A DNA stretch of 64,000 nt, taken from positions 1 through 64,000 of IMG/VR virus record IMGVR_UViG_3300042863_002514; one strand, 5' to 3'. Position 1 is the stretch's first letter; the number at the start of each line of letters is the position of its first letter. The stretch is from an uncultured virus (IMG/VR IMGVR_UViG_3300042863_002514). Its lineage: Duplodnaviria; Heunggongvirae; Uroviricota; Caudoviricetes. The notes below the pieces were generated by a model. It searched no databases and was not told where the DNA came from. It worked only from the letters and a program-made list of their open reading frames with translations. Shown in pieces: positions 17,889 through 27,617 of this stretch. The translations under genes were made by a program, and so were the position numbers.

Positions 17889-19901
17889 TTATCCAAAAAC
17901 AATTGCCATCGCAATAGCTTTGCCTGTAGTAACACCTGCTCCGCCACTGAATCCACTAGTTCCGCTAAAGCCGCTGACACCACTACAGCCGCTTGCTCCG
18001 CTGAAGCCGCTTGTGCCACTAGTTCCGCTGACACCACTAAAGCCGCTTGTTCCACTGAATCCACTTGTGCCACTGAATCCACTTGTGCCACTGAATCCAC
18101 TGAACCCAGAGGTGCCACTCCAGCCACTTGTGCCACTCCATCCACTTACGCCACTAGTTCCGCTAGCGCCTGTAGGTCCTGTTACTCCATCAGCGCCATA
18201 TGCAATTAAATGTGCTGAAAGCCAAGTTCCTGGACCGTCAGCAGTGCCATATTGCACTGTAACATTACTTCCGGTACCGTTAAAGGCAGTAACTTGAGCA
18301 GAGTCAGTAGATCCATTGAAGTAAACAACTTTGCTGCCACCAAGTGAAATTCCCGTAGACGTTACAGTTTGAACTTGGGCAATTAATATAGTTCCAGAGT
18401 TTTTAAGTATCTGGCCGTTATATTGATTAGTTGCCACAGACGCTGCACTGACCCAAACACCGAAACTTAAATTATAATAACCTGCAACAGTTGGTTTGAA
18501 TGTATATGTGCTGGCGTTCCACCAGTTTTGTGGATCATAATAATCAGCTAAGGGTAAAACTAACGTACTTGCGCTAGCAACTGTTTGATCACTTGTTAAG
18601 ATAGCAGTTAAAATGTAAGAACTAGCTGCTAATGTAGACGCAGGACCAACAGGACCTGTTGGTCCTGTTACACCTGTTACACCTGGGGTGCCAGTTGCAC
18701 CAGTTGCGCCACTACCAGTAGGTCCTATTAAGCCAGTTGCTCCACTGAATCCGCTGACACCACTAAAGCCGCTTGCTCCGCTGACACCACTAAAGCCGCT
18801 TGCTCCGCTAGTTCCGCTGAACCCACTAGTTCCGCTGACACCACTAAAGCCGCTTGTTCCGCTCCATCCACTAGTTCCACTTGTGCCACTCCAGCCGCTT
18901 GTGCCACTTGTTCCACTAGTTCCACTTGTGCCGCTCCATCCACTGGTTCCACTTGTGCCGCTCCATCCACTAGTTCCACTTGTGCCGCTCCATCCACTAG
19001 TTCCACTTGTGCCGCTCCATCCACTTACACCACTAGTTCCACTAGTTCCGCTGCCTCCAGAATATCCGCTCTCTCCTGAATAGCCAGACTCACCTGATGC
19101 CCCTGAATAACCACTCTCTCCAGAGTATCCTGAATAGGCAGAATATCCAGAGACACCTGACTCTCCAGAATAGCCTGACTCACCTGATATCCCAGAATAA
19201 CCACTCTCTCCAGAATAACCTGAATAACCACTCTCTCCAGAATAACCTGAATAACCAGAGTAACCTGAATAACCAGAGTAACCTGAATAACCTGAATAAC
19301 CACTCTCTCCAGAGTACCCACTCTCTCCAGAGTACCCACTCTCTCCAGAGTACCCACTCTCTCCAGAGTAGCCTGATACTCCACTGCCAGAATAACCACT
19401 TTCACCAGAGTAACCTGACCGGCCAGACTCACTTGAATACCCACTGGCACCAGAATACCCACTGGCACCAGAATACCCACTGGCACCAGAATACCCAGAT
19501 TCTCCAGATTTTCCTGAAGTTCCTGAATAACCACCTTGACCAGAGTAGCCTGATACTCCGCTGCCAGAGTAGCCGCTTGTTCCAGACTCGCCTGAGTAAC
19601 CTGATATCCCAGAATAACCACTAGCACTGTTGGGCCCAGTTGGTCCAGTTGAGCCAAGGGTGCTTACCCCAGAATAACCACTAATGCCTCTTGCCCCTGT
19701 TGGCCCAGTGGGTCCTTGTGCGCCAGTTGTGCCAGTACCCCCTCCACCGCCAGGGGTAAATGGTAACCCACCAGGAGTTACGCCGTCAGAAAAACGTAAC
19801 TCAACTTCCCCGCTTGCGTAGAATATCTCCCCATCGCGACCAACATACTCATTTATATCATTTGTGAACTTGCTGGTCCAAATTTTACGAATTTGAGTCA
19901 C
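17889..19901 (-). CDS. Gly-X-Ser collagen-like fibre protein with C1q-like domain
   Basis: N-terminal GEIFY...DGVTPGG fibre motif; long SGY/SGE/SGT/SGW/SGF triplet tracts; central DPQNWWNASTYTFKPTVAGYY C1q-like block; C-terminal GKAIAMAIVFG. Confidence 0.8.
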   Translation of the reverse strand: MTQIRKIWTSKFTNDINEYVGRDGEIFYASGEVELRFSDGVTPGGLPFTPGGGGGTGTTGAQGPTGPTGARGISGYSGVSTLGSTGPTGPNSASGYSGISGYSGESGTSGYSGSGVSGYSGQGGYSGTSGKSGESGYSGASGYSGASGYSGASGYSSESGRSGYSGESGYSGSGVSGYSGESGYSGESGYSGESGYSGESGYSGYSGYSGYSGYSGYSGYSGESGYSGYSGESGYSGISGESGYSGESGVSGYSAYSGYSGESGYSGASGESGYSGESGYSGGSGTSGTSGVSGWSGTSGTSGWSGTSGTSGWSGTSGTSGWSGTSGTSGTSGTSGWSGTSGTSGWSGTSGFSGVSGTSGFSGTSGASGFSGVSGASGFSGVSGFSGATGLIGPTGSGATGATGTPGVTGVTGPTGPVGPASTLAASSYILTAILTSDQTVASASTLVLPLADYYDPQNWWNASTYTFKPTVAGYYNLSFGVWVSAASVATNQYNGQILKNSGTILIAQVQTVTSTGISLGGSKVVYFNGSTDSAQVTAFNGTGSNVTVQYGTADGPGTWLSAHLIAYGADGVTGPTGASGTSGVSGWSGTSGWSGTSGFSGFSGTSGFSGTSGFSGTSGFSGVSGTSGTSGFSGASGCSGVSGFSGTSGFSGGAGVTTGKAIAMAIVFG
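18922..19497. repeat. Coding tandem repeats (27-nt and 18-nt units) within the SG-collagen gene
   Basis: ccacttgtgccgctccatccactagtt-type units at about 18922-19025; ccactctctccagagtac x4 at about 19300-19370; gaatacccactggcacca x3 at about 19435-19490. Confidence 0.85.
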
Positions 19902-19908
19902 AAGAGCT

Positions 19909-20238
19909 TCAACCCAAAATAGAGGGTTTGATACTTACAGTTGGTATGAAATCTTTTTTTGCTGTAATTTTTGAGATATTGGACTGTTGAGGTGTATGAA
20001 AATCATCCTCTGGGTTTATCACAGTGGGATCTTCAGTTGTGGGCCCCACGCTGTCTTTTACAGTGTCAAGGTGTTGTTGGAGTGGTGGACTCCACTTGGC
20101 ATCGCCCTCTTCACCATAACGCACTCCAGGATTTATCACATCACTGTCAGCTTGCGCTTTCAACACATCGCCCAAGGGGATGTTGATTGTAACAGGCACA
20201 TTTACAGTAAATTCTCGAATAAATTCTTTAGCTCTCAT
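19909..20238 (-). CDS. Hypothetical protein; N-terminus MRAKEFIRE resembles T4 capsid-targeting leaders
   Basis: ORF with ATG start in operon context. Confidence 0.65.
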   Translation of the reverse strand: MRAKEFIREFTVNVPVTINIPLGDVLKAQADSDVINPGVRYGEEGDAKWSPPLQQHLDTVKDSVGPTTEDPTVINPEDDFHTPQQSNISKITAKKDFIPTVSIKPSILG

Positions 20239-20259
20239 ATTTTACACCACATATGTTTG

Positions 20260-20967
20260 TCATTTAGACACCAAAACATACCAAACTCCAGAAATAGGCA
20301 CTTGCCCAGATAAATTCAATTGGCAAGTCATCTCATCAATTAAGGTTATTGTTGTGGGATTTACCAGTTGGTAGTTGGTGTCATATACTTGAACAAACAC
20401 AAGTCTCTGTGCAAGGCCATGAACAACGGTCAACACATCGGTCACAATATTTTGAGATGAAAACGGCATTTGGAAGCTGGTGACTGGGGCAGACCCAGGA
20501 GGGCCAGCAGGACCGGTGGGACCTTGTATGGGGCCTTTGGGGATAAATCCAGGACTCAGGGCACCAAAGTTCAAAAGTATTTCAGAAACACTGCCAACCG
20601 TGCTGTCGTCAATAGGTGCTGGAGTCAAATAATCTCTGCTTACAACAGCTCTTACCCAAACATAATTGCCTACAAATGTATATGCAAAGCTGCCGGTGTC
20701 CCCACCAAATAGGCCACTGGGATTGAACAAATCTCTAGGGAATTGTACATAAGGCAGGTCTGACTGTAGATAAACAGGAAACCAGTCTTGTTCAACTGGA
20801 TTATCTGCCAACGAGGCTTGAATTAAAATCCGGCCTGTAAAATTTGTTAACGTTAGGGCTACTGTATGACTACCGCCAAGAAAATTGGTGTAGCCTGCGC
20901 CTTTTTGCTTTTCGCCAGTTACATTGACCTTACCGCTAGTAGTTGGTAATAAGACAAGACTTTCCAT
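20260..20967 (-). CDS. Virion structural protein with short collagen linker; C-terminal domain shared with 55123
   Basis: GPTGPAGPPG linker; V.H.L.Q..V.VQV......V.P..ITL.....C...L....P..G.W..V domain. CATAAATA box at 20993-21000. Confidence 0.7.
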   Translation of the reverse strand: MESLVLLPTTSGKVNVTGEKQKGAGYTNFLGGSHTVALTLTNFTGRILIQASLADNPVEQDWFPVYLQSDLPYVQFPRDLFNPSGLFGGDTGSFAYTFVGNYVWVRAVVSRDYLTPAPIDDSTVGSVSEILLNFGALSPGFIPKGPIQGPTGPAGPPGSAPVTSFQMPFSSQNIVTDVLTVVHGLAQRLVFVQVYDTNYQLVNPTTITLIDEMTCQLNLSGQVPISGVWYVLVSK

Positions 20968-21006
20968 AATTTCTCAACAATTGATTTGTCGATATTTATG
21001 GAAAGG

Positions 21007-21183
21007 TCAAATAGAGACTTCAATAACCAGTTTACTGTCTTCAAGTAGCTGCTCTACAACACTGGGCAAGCTTTCAAACAATGCCAAAAGCTGCTCAGAA
21101 GAGAGCACACTAGCCAGTTGTTCATCATCCTTGATAAGTTTGCTGATGGAAATTGAAATAGTTTGACAGGCTATTTGTGCCAT
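21007..21183 (-). CDS. Small hypothetical protein, 58 aa
   Basis: Below the ORF cutoff: MAQIACQTISISISKLIKDDEQLASVLSSEQLLALFESLPSVVEQLLEDSKLVIEVSI. It has SD AAGGA and a GATAAATA box at 21205-21212 and fills the gap exactly. Confidence 0.75.
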   Translation of the reverse strand: MAQIACQTISISISKLIKDDEQLASVLSSEQLLALFESLPSVVEQLLEDSKLVIEVSI

Positions 21184-21207
21184 TTATAAGGTCCTTGATT
21201 AGAGTAT

Positions 21208-21525
21208 TTATCCTCTGTTTTTTGGCCTTCTGCCACGCTTTTTTCCACGATTGATTTGTAGGCCATTGGCGTCAAGATCTGCATGTTGCAGATAGCGATC
21301 TAGCCCCATGCCATCCACTTCCACAATCTTGTTGATATCCAAGTCAAGACTGCTGTTGTTTTGTGTATGCACTCCTGTAATTTTTACACAGGGCGCAAGT
21401 ATAGCATGTGCAACTACAAATCTATGATAGACTCTAGAGGATGCTGACTCAGCAACCCCTATGACTGTGCCTTTGCTTATCAATCCTTTTTGGCACAAGC
21501 TTTGAATAGCTGATGTTTTGTTCAT
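21208..21525 (-). CDS. Hypothetical protein with basic AT-hook-like C-terminus (KKRGRRPK)
   Basis: ATGA overlap with the clpA stop. Confidence 0.7.
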   Translation of the reverse strand: MNKTSAIQSLCQKGLISKGTVIGVAESASSRVYHRFVVAHAILAPCVKITGVHTQNNSSLDLDINKIVEVDGMGLDRYLQHADLDANGLQINRGKKRGRRPKNRG

Positions 21526-23828
21526 TGCGCAGACACCTCTGAGTTGTTTTCATTAAAGGCCTCATTTGGGCCTGTGGGGAGACTACATACTGTGCCTAAA
21601 AATTCCAATTTCAGCTTATGTGCTGCTGCATCAAGTGTAACTAACACTCTTCCTCCTGACTTCAACTTTCCAAATAACATCTGGCGGCTCATGGGCTTTT
21701 TGATATGGTTGTCAATTACCCGACTCAAAGGCCTAGCTCCCATCGAAGGGTCAAAACCATTCTTCACCAACCATTCTTGCGCATCAGGATCAACTACTAC
21801 ACACACATTTTTGCTTTGTGAAGCTTGATTCAGTTGTTGAATGAATTTGATAACAACTTTCTGCATGGTTTCTTTGTTCAACGCACCAAATGGCACTACT
21901 GCATCCAATCGATTCCTGAACTCTGGACGGAAAAATTGTTTTACAGCTTCTTTGTCTGCATCACTGTTTTTGGTAGCACCAAAGCCAATACTATGCTTTT
22001 CCATTTCCACAGCACCAAGATTACTGGTAAAAATCAAGATTGCATTTTTCAAACTCACTGTTTTTTGATTTTGGCTTGTGATGCTGCCTTGATCCATAGC
22101 TTGCAGAAAAACATTCAATACATCAGGATGAGCTTTTTCCACTTCGTCACACAGCAGCACACAACTGGGTGTTTGCTCTAGTGCGTTGATAAGAGCACCA
22201 CTGCCAGCACTGCCGTCGCTGTAACCCACATATCCAGGGGGACTGCCAATAAATCTAGCAACAGAATGTTTTTCTTGAAACTCGCTCATGTCAAAGCGAA
22301 CAAAACTATAACCCAGTTTGTCTGCTAACATCTTGGCCAGTTCAGTCTTGCCCACACCACTTGGCCCTGTGAACAAGAAGCTTCCCAGTGTTTTGTTTTG
22401 TTCTCGTAGTCCACTATAAGCCAAATACACTGCATCAACAAGAGTGTCTACTGCTGTGTCTTGGCCGTAAATTACTTTTTTGAGATCATTATCTAGAGTA
22501 GATAATTTATTACTCTCAGATGTTTCCAAGTTTTCAAGGCTGACTTTGGCAATCCTACAAACTTGTTGTTCAATATTCTCTACTTGAACAACCTTTTTGG
22601 TTTTTCCTTTGATTTTCACTGTTGCACCAGCTGCATCAATCAAATCAATTGCCTTATCTGGCAGATACTTGTTGAAAATATATTTTACACTGAGATCAAC
22701 TGCTGCCTCTGCACATCCTGGTGCATAAGTTACATTGTGAAACTTTTCAAAAGTTTTGATCAATCCTTGAATTACTTTTTTAGCATCACTTACACTGGGC
22801 TCAACTACATCTTGTTTCTCAAAACGCCGAAGTAGTGCTCGATCCTTTTCAAAATACTTCCGATATTCGTCATATGTTGTGGAACCAATAGTGCGAATTT
22901 CTCCCCGACCCAACGCTGGCTTGAGAATATTGGCTGCATCCATTGCATTGCTGCTGTTGCCGCCAGCACCCATAATCATATGAATTTCATCAATGAAAAT
23001 AATAACATTGGGCAAACTTTTTAACGCCGTAATAATGTTTTTCATTCTGTCTTCAAAGTCGCCACGATATTTGGTCCCAGCAACAATGCTATTGATATCC
23101 AAGCTCCAGATTTCTTGATTCAAAAGAACTTTTGGCACGGTTTGTTCCACTATTCTCTTGGCAAGTCCTTCCACAAGTTGTGTTTTGCCTACCCCTGGAT
23201 GGCCCACAAGTATAACATTGTTCTTGAGTTTTCGGGCCAGCGTTTCAACTAGTTGATCAACATCAGTGTCTCTACCAATAAGTGCAGTGATCTTGCCCTG
23301 TTTGGCACGTTGATTTAAATTGGTGGCAAATTGAAACAACACCATTCTTGCATCGTCTTCACTCATGCCCATCTCATCCGTTTCTTGACTATTTTGTGTA
23401 AGATACGAGGTGATATTGCTTTTGTTGATGTTGTGTTTTTGTAAAAAATACACAGCCCAACTTTGTTCTGCATTGTAAAGTGCCAGCAACATGTCCACAC
23501 TGTTCATAACAGTTTTGCCCATGAACAAGCTTTGCGCTTTGGCTTGCTTGATTACACTCATCAGTGTGGAGGTGTATTTGGGTTGATACACTCCGTCAGG
23601 CACAATACTATGATATTTGGAATCTTTGAGATAACTGACTACATCAGCTTTGAGCTTTTTTGGAGAACAACCCAAGGCTGTTAACATGGTGTCAATGTCT
23701 TGAAATTCCAATAGTGCTATCAGCACATGCTCTACCACCACATATTCGTGATGATGTTTTATTGCAATAGAGTAACTTCGATTTATTACTTGCTCAAAAT
23801 CATTTTTTGAATTAAAGGGCTCTTTCAT
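21522..23828 (-). CDS. clpA: ClpA-type AAA+ chaperone/unfoldase
   Basis: Clp N-domain; Walker A GHPGVGKT and GPSGVGKT; AGTKYRGDFE, FIDEIH, RFDMSEF, GSPPGYVG, DEVEKAHPDV and RPEFRNRLD motifs; no ClpB middle domain. Start taken at ATG 23828. Confidence 0.92.
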   Translation of the reverse strand: MKEPFNSKNDFEQVINRSYSIAIKHHHEYVVVEHVLIALLEFQDIDTMLTALGCSPKKLKADVVSYLKDSKYHSIVPDGVYQPKYTSTLMSVIKQAKAQSLFMGKTVMNSVDMLLALYNAEQSWAVYFLQKHNINKSNITSYLTQNSQETDEMGMSEDDARMVLFQFATNLNQRAKQGKITALIGRDTDVDQLVETLARKLKNNVILVGHPGVGKTQLVEGLAKRIVEQTVPKVLLNQEIWSLDINSIVAGTKYRGDFEDRMKNIITALKSLPNVIIFIDEIHMIMGAGGNSSNAMDAANILKPALGRGEIRTIGSTTYDEYRKYFEKDRALLRRFEKQDVVEPSVSDAKKVIQGLIKTFEKFHNVTYAPGCAEAAVDLSVKYIFNKYLPDKAIDLIDAAGATVKIKGKTKKVVQVENIEQQVCRIAKVSLENLETSESNKLSTLDNDLKKVIYGQDTAVDTLVDAVYLAYSGLREQNKTLGSFLFTGPSGVGKTELAKMLADKLGYSFVRFDMSEFQEKHSVARFIGSPPGYVGYSDGSAGSGALINALEQTPSCVLLCDEVEKAHPDVLNVFLQAMDQGSITSQNQKTVSLKNAILIFTSNLGAVEMEKHSIGFGATKNSDADKEAVKQFFRPEFRNRLDAVVPFGALNKETMQKVVIKFIQQLNQASQSKNVCVVVDPDAQEWLVKNGFDPSMGARPLSRVIDNHIKKPMSRQMLFGKLKSGGRVLVTLDAAAHKLKLEFLGTVCSLPTGPNEAFNENNSEVSAQ

Positions 23829-23850
23829 ATGTGCTGTCCTGGTGAAAGAT

Positions 23851-24708
23851 TTAAGATGTTTGGGGGTGTGCCCATTTTGAAATGGCATCAAGCTGATCTT
23901 GATCCAGCTTTTGTGGCAGCTCTACATGGAGTCTGACCATGAGGTCACCACGTGAAGAACTATTACTACTGAGCGGCATGCCCTTGCCTTTGACGTTAAG
24001 TAGAGTTTGATCTTTGGACAAAGGCGGGACTTTCATGGAAACTGCACCGCCTTCAATCACACTAACAAGCTTGTCAACCCCCACTAATGTTTCCCAAATG
24101 TTGGCCTTCAGTGTAGTCAACAAATGAGGCCCACTCCTCTCGAACACAGAGTGCGGCGTAACAAACACAGTAATATACAAATCTCCAGGTGCTAAATTGG
24201 CATGTGTTCGGCTACCGTTGCCAGCATATCGTAACCTATACCCACTATCAATACCTGCAGGTATGTTCACAACTAAATTGATGTTTTGGCCAGCACTATC
24301 AGTAAATTGAATTGGTACACTTTTTCCTGTGAACGCTTCTTCCAAGGTTATATTCAACTGAACTTGCGTGTCAGGATTACGACTTGGTCGTTGGCTAAAG
24401 TGGTCAAATCCTTGACCTCGGAAGATTTGTTCAAAAATATCACCAAAGGGTGATCCTCCTCCACGGAATTCAAAATGGAATCCACCTGGCTGACTTCCAC
24501 CAAACTTGCGTTGCTGATCGTAAGCTTGACGCTTGTCTTCGTTACCTAGAGTATCATAAGCCTCATTGATCTCTTTGAATTTACTCTCAGATTCACTGCT
24601 TTTGTTACGGTCTGGATGATACTGCATTGCAAGTGTGCGATAAGCCTTTTTCAACTCATCTTGAGTTGCATTTTCTTGCACGGCAAGGATACTATAATAA
24701 TCTTTCAT
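23851..24708 (-). CDS. dnaJ: DnaJ/CbpA-type J-domain co-chaperone (no Zn finger)
   Basis: DYYSIL...YHPDRN...FKEINEAY J domain, G/F region and C-terminal GDL motifs. Confidence 0.92.
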   Translation of the reverse strand: MKDYYSILAVQENATQDELKKAYRTLAMQYHPDRNKSSESESKFKEINEAYDTLGNEDKRQAYDQQRKFGGSQPGGFHFEFRGGGSPFGDIFEQIFRGQGFDHFSQRPSRNPDTQVQLNITLEEAFTGKSVPIQFTDSAGQNINLVVNIPAGIDSGYRLRYAGNGSRTHANLAPGDLYITVFVTPHSVFERSGPHLLTTLKANIWETLVGVDKLVSVIEGGAVSMKVPPLSKDQTLLNVKGKGMPLSSNSSSRGDLMVRLHVELPQKLDQDQLDAISKWAHPQTS

Positions 24709-24782
24709 ATGTATATTATATTTTTATATTGCTGCCTTGTCAATGCAGGAAAAACTAGCAACTTATTGAACACACAAAACTT

Positions 24783-24790
24783 TGTAAATA
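24783..24790 (+). promoter_or_regulatory. Late-promoter-like box TGTAAATA
   Basis: 18 nt upstream of ATG 24809 in a divergent intergenic region. Confidence 0.5.
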
Positions 24791-24808
24791 TGTTGATGGG
24801 AAAATTAC

Positions 24809-25480
24809 ATGTCTGATATTGCTCGCGTCCTAATATCATATTTTCGAACGGTTCATCCCTTGAAGATGCTGTGGCATTTGTTTGTGATTTTCTGCCTGCT
24901 GTGCATGATAAGCACCAGCTACATTGTTGCTTTTCATTTTCAACCTGTGATTGATCTTTGGCAACGCAGTAACAGCATGAACAACTTTGCAAGAGAATTA
25001 CAAGTCAGCGTTGCAGTGGATACAGCAGCCAATCAATCACTAAATCAAATACTTACAACTACCAATTCCAACCGTGCATATATTTTCCGATTTCACAATG
25101 GTATTCCTAGCCCCAATAATGTGCCATTTATTTTCCACACAAATACTCACGAAGTAATTAAACCTGGTACCAATAGGATCATGAACTTTGGGCAAAGGCT
25201 GCCCAGCAGTTTGATCACCAACATGAGTACTGAATTTCTCAAGAGAAAATGCGTGAGTTTGACCAATATCAATGCTCGACCAGATAGTGCACTCTATTGG
25301 TATTATGAATCCAGAGCAGCATTGCACATAACCCGTTGTGCATTTTTCTCAAATAATGGTGACCTTTTGGGCTTTGTTGGTGTTGACTATACAGAGCCCA
25401 CTCCTGCTGCTCAAGTACGTAATAACGAAGACATTGTGAAACAAACGGCAGATCAACTGGGCCGAATATTTGATAGATAG
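24809..25480 (+). CDS. Single-TM protein with GAF-like C-domain; candidate T4 gpT-like holin
   Basis: One hydrophobic segment at about aa 20-42, then a soluble domain ending RCAFF..NGDLLGFVGVDY...EDIVKQTADQLGR. Size and topology resemble T4 holin T. Confidence 0.55.
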   Translation: MSDIARVLISYFRTVHPLKMLWHLFVIFCLLCMISTSYIVAFHFQPVIDLWQRSNSMNNFARELQVSVAVDTAANQSLNQILTTTNSNRAYIFRFHNGIPSPNNVPFIFHTNTHEVIKPGTNRIMNFGQRLPSSLITNMSTEFLKRKCVSLTNINARPDSALYWYYESRAALHITRCAFFSNNGDLLGFVGVDYTEPTPAAQVRNNEDIVKQTADQLGRIFDR

Positions 25481-25521
25481 CTGACATCCACTACAATTTA
25501 TTTTGTAGATAAGGATCAGTC

Positions 25522-26622
25522 ATGAATATTCTCATACCAATGGCAGGGTTGGGCTCTAGATTTTCCAACATTGGGATACAAGAGCCTAAACCGCTTATTG
25601 AGGTTAACTCTCGCACACTGATTGAGCATAGCATCAAAAGCTTTGATGTTGATGGAAAATTTATTTTTGTAACACGCAAATATGAGAACCCAGCATATTC
25701 ACACCAGCTGAACAGTCTATTGAAGCAACTACGCCCTGAATGTGAGATAATTGAAATAGATCGTGTCACAAATGGTGCCAGCCAAACAGCATTGTGTGCT
25801 CGAGAGTTTATCAACAACAATGAGCCGCTAGTGATTTATAATTGCGATCAAATCATCAATTGGGATCCTCGAGAGTTTTTAAAATTTACAAGCGATACCG
25901 GAGTTGATGGGGCAGTTGTGCTTCACAAAGAAAGGGATCCCAAGAACAGCTTTGCTGAGATCAAAAACAGTCGAGTAGTACAGGTTGTGGAGAAAAATCC
26001 CATCTCAGATGATGCACTAATTGGTTTTCACTATTGGAAACGCGGCTGTGATTTTGTAGAAAGTGCAGAAAAACTCCTGTCAGAATTTACATTTCACGGC
26101 CGGCCTGAGTGTTACATAAGCGAAACTTACAACTATCTCATTCAACAAGGCTCAAGCATTTTCCCATATTTTGTTGCTCCAAACATTTATATTCCGTTGG
26201 GCACTCCAGAAGATGTGGCACGGTATTTGGGTAAGGTGAAGGAGTTTTACAGCAGCAAGCCCAAAACAATTTTTTGCGACATTGACGGCACCCTTATTCA
26301 ACATCAGCATTCCATAAGTGAGGCATTGCGAGTTGAGCCAAAAATACTACACGGTGTACGAGAAAAGTTCAACCAATGGGATAGCCAAGGGCACACTATT
26401 ATACTTGTTACAGCCAGAAAAGAAAGTACTAGAGCTGCCACAGTTGCACAGCTTGAGAGTATTGGTATAGCGTATGATCAACTGTTGATGGGTGTTACAA
26501 GTGGTACAAGAGTAATTGTAAATGACAAGCTTAGTGAAGCTGACAGTAATAGAGCACTGGCTGTAAATGTATTAACTGATCAAGGGTTTGGAATTGTGAA
26601 CTGGGAGTCATTTGGTCTATGA
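25522..26622 (+). CDS. Sugar-phosphate nucleotidyltransferase fused to a HAD-family domain
   Basis: ILIPMAGLGSRF, PKPLI, NCDQ, VEKNPIS and LGTPED; C-terminal FCDIDGTL...VTAR...NDK. Confidence 0.85.
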   Translation: MNILIPMAGLGSRFSNIGIQEPKPLIEVNSRTLIEHSIKSFDVDGKFIFVTRKYENPAYSHQLNSLLKQLRPECEIIEIDRVTNGASQTALCAREFINNNEPLVIYNCDQIINWDPREFLKFTSDTGVDGAVVLHKERDPKNSFAEIKNSRVVQVVEKNPISDDALIGFHYWKRGCDFVESAEKLLSEFTFHGRPECYISETYNYLIQQGSSIFPYFVAPNIYIPLGTPEDVARYLGKVKEFYSSKPKTIFCDIDGTLIQHQHSISEALRVEPKILHGVREKFNQWDSQGHTIILVTARKESTRAATVAQLESIGIAYDQLLMGVTSGTRVIVNDKLSEADSNRALAVNVLTDQGFGIVNWESFGL

Positions 26623-26948
26623 AGTTGTTGAAACACAACAATATGCTACGAGGATGGTTTGTGGGCGATTTTGAGCCCACTGCTTGGCCCACAAAAGACT
26701 TTGAAGTTGGTTTTCGCACACACAAATCCAGTGATCCTCCTGATCCGCACTTTCACACAAAAGTTACTGAGATCAATCTCATTACCAGCGGGAGAATGAG
26801 AATTCAAGACACTGAGCTCAGCTCTGGAGATATTTTTATTCTGTATCCTTGGGAAATCACCAATCCTGAGTTTCTTGAGGACACAAGTATTATTTGTGTC
26901 AAGGTTCCCAGTATGAATGACAAACAACTCTTGACCTTGGGTGACTAG
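26619..26948 (+). CDS. Cupin-fold protein
   Basis: GWFVGDFEP, H.H...TEINLITSG and GDIFIL.P.E motifs. Confidence 0.75.
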   Translation: MKLLKHNNMLRGWFVGDFEPTAWPTKDFEVGFRTHKSSDPPDPHFHTKVTEINLITSGRMRIQDTELSSGDIFILYPWEITNPEFLEDTSIICVKVPSMNDKQLLTLGD

Positions 26949-27617
26949 GTGCGTGTGGCACTTTGTTTTTCAGGTTTACCAAGATTTGTAAGGGAAACGC
27001 ATCGTTACTGGAAACGATGTCTATTAGACGTATATCAACCTGACGTATTCATTCACACTTGGCAAAATCTAGATTTTGACCCCAATAATTTTTGGAGCTT
27101 ATATCAACCCAAAATCCTGTCCTGGGAACAACCTAAAAAATATGATGTAAGCCTGTACACAGACCGCATTTGGGCATACCGTACTATACCACAAAATCAA
27201 CTTGCACAATATACTGGAATTCAAAAAGCCATTGGCTTGGCGCTTGACTATCAAACTAATTTTGGGTTTGAGTATGACGTGATTATCCGTGCAAGATTTG
27301 ATTGGTTCCTTCAAACTGTGGAGCTGGAATTGAACAACGCAGTAAATGTAGCCCATACACCGGGATTATCTGGGCATCGATTCCAGTTCTTGGACCAAGA
27401 GTATCTGGGCATAAGTGACCAATTTGCATATGGCAGCAGTACAACTATGAAAACTTACGCACAACTAGTGGATTGGCTTCCTACACTCTATCAAGACTAC
27501 AAGGTGGATTTTTGTGGCGAGTTGTTTTTGAAAAGCCATCTTTTGTTACACAACATACCAGTCAAAGAACACAACTGGCATAACGGAATAGTAAGACCAA
27601 CAGGAATTATACCATGA
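26949..27617 (+). CDS. Putative glycosyltransferase-like protein
   Basis: RVALCFSGLPR, DVFIHTW, YDVIIRARFD and ISDQFAYG motifs; paralog of 28791. Confidence 0.6.
   Translation: MRVALCFSGLPRFVRETHRYWKRCLLDVYQPDVFIHTWQNLDFDPNNFWSLYQPKILSWEQPKKYDVSLYTDRIWAYRTIPQNQLAQYTGIQKAIGLALDYQTNFGFEYDVIIRARFDWFLQTVELELNNAVNVAHTPGLSGHRFQFLDQEYLGISDQFAYGSSTTMKTYAQLVDWLPTLYQDYKVDFCGELFLKSHLLLHNIPVKEHNWHNGIVRPTGIIP

Noticed and set aside
17861..19657. Long alternative-frame and antisense ORFs over the SG-repeat gene
   Set aside because: These are shadows of low-complexity triplet repeats that lack stop codons.
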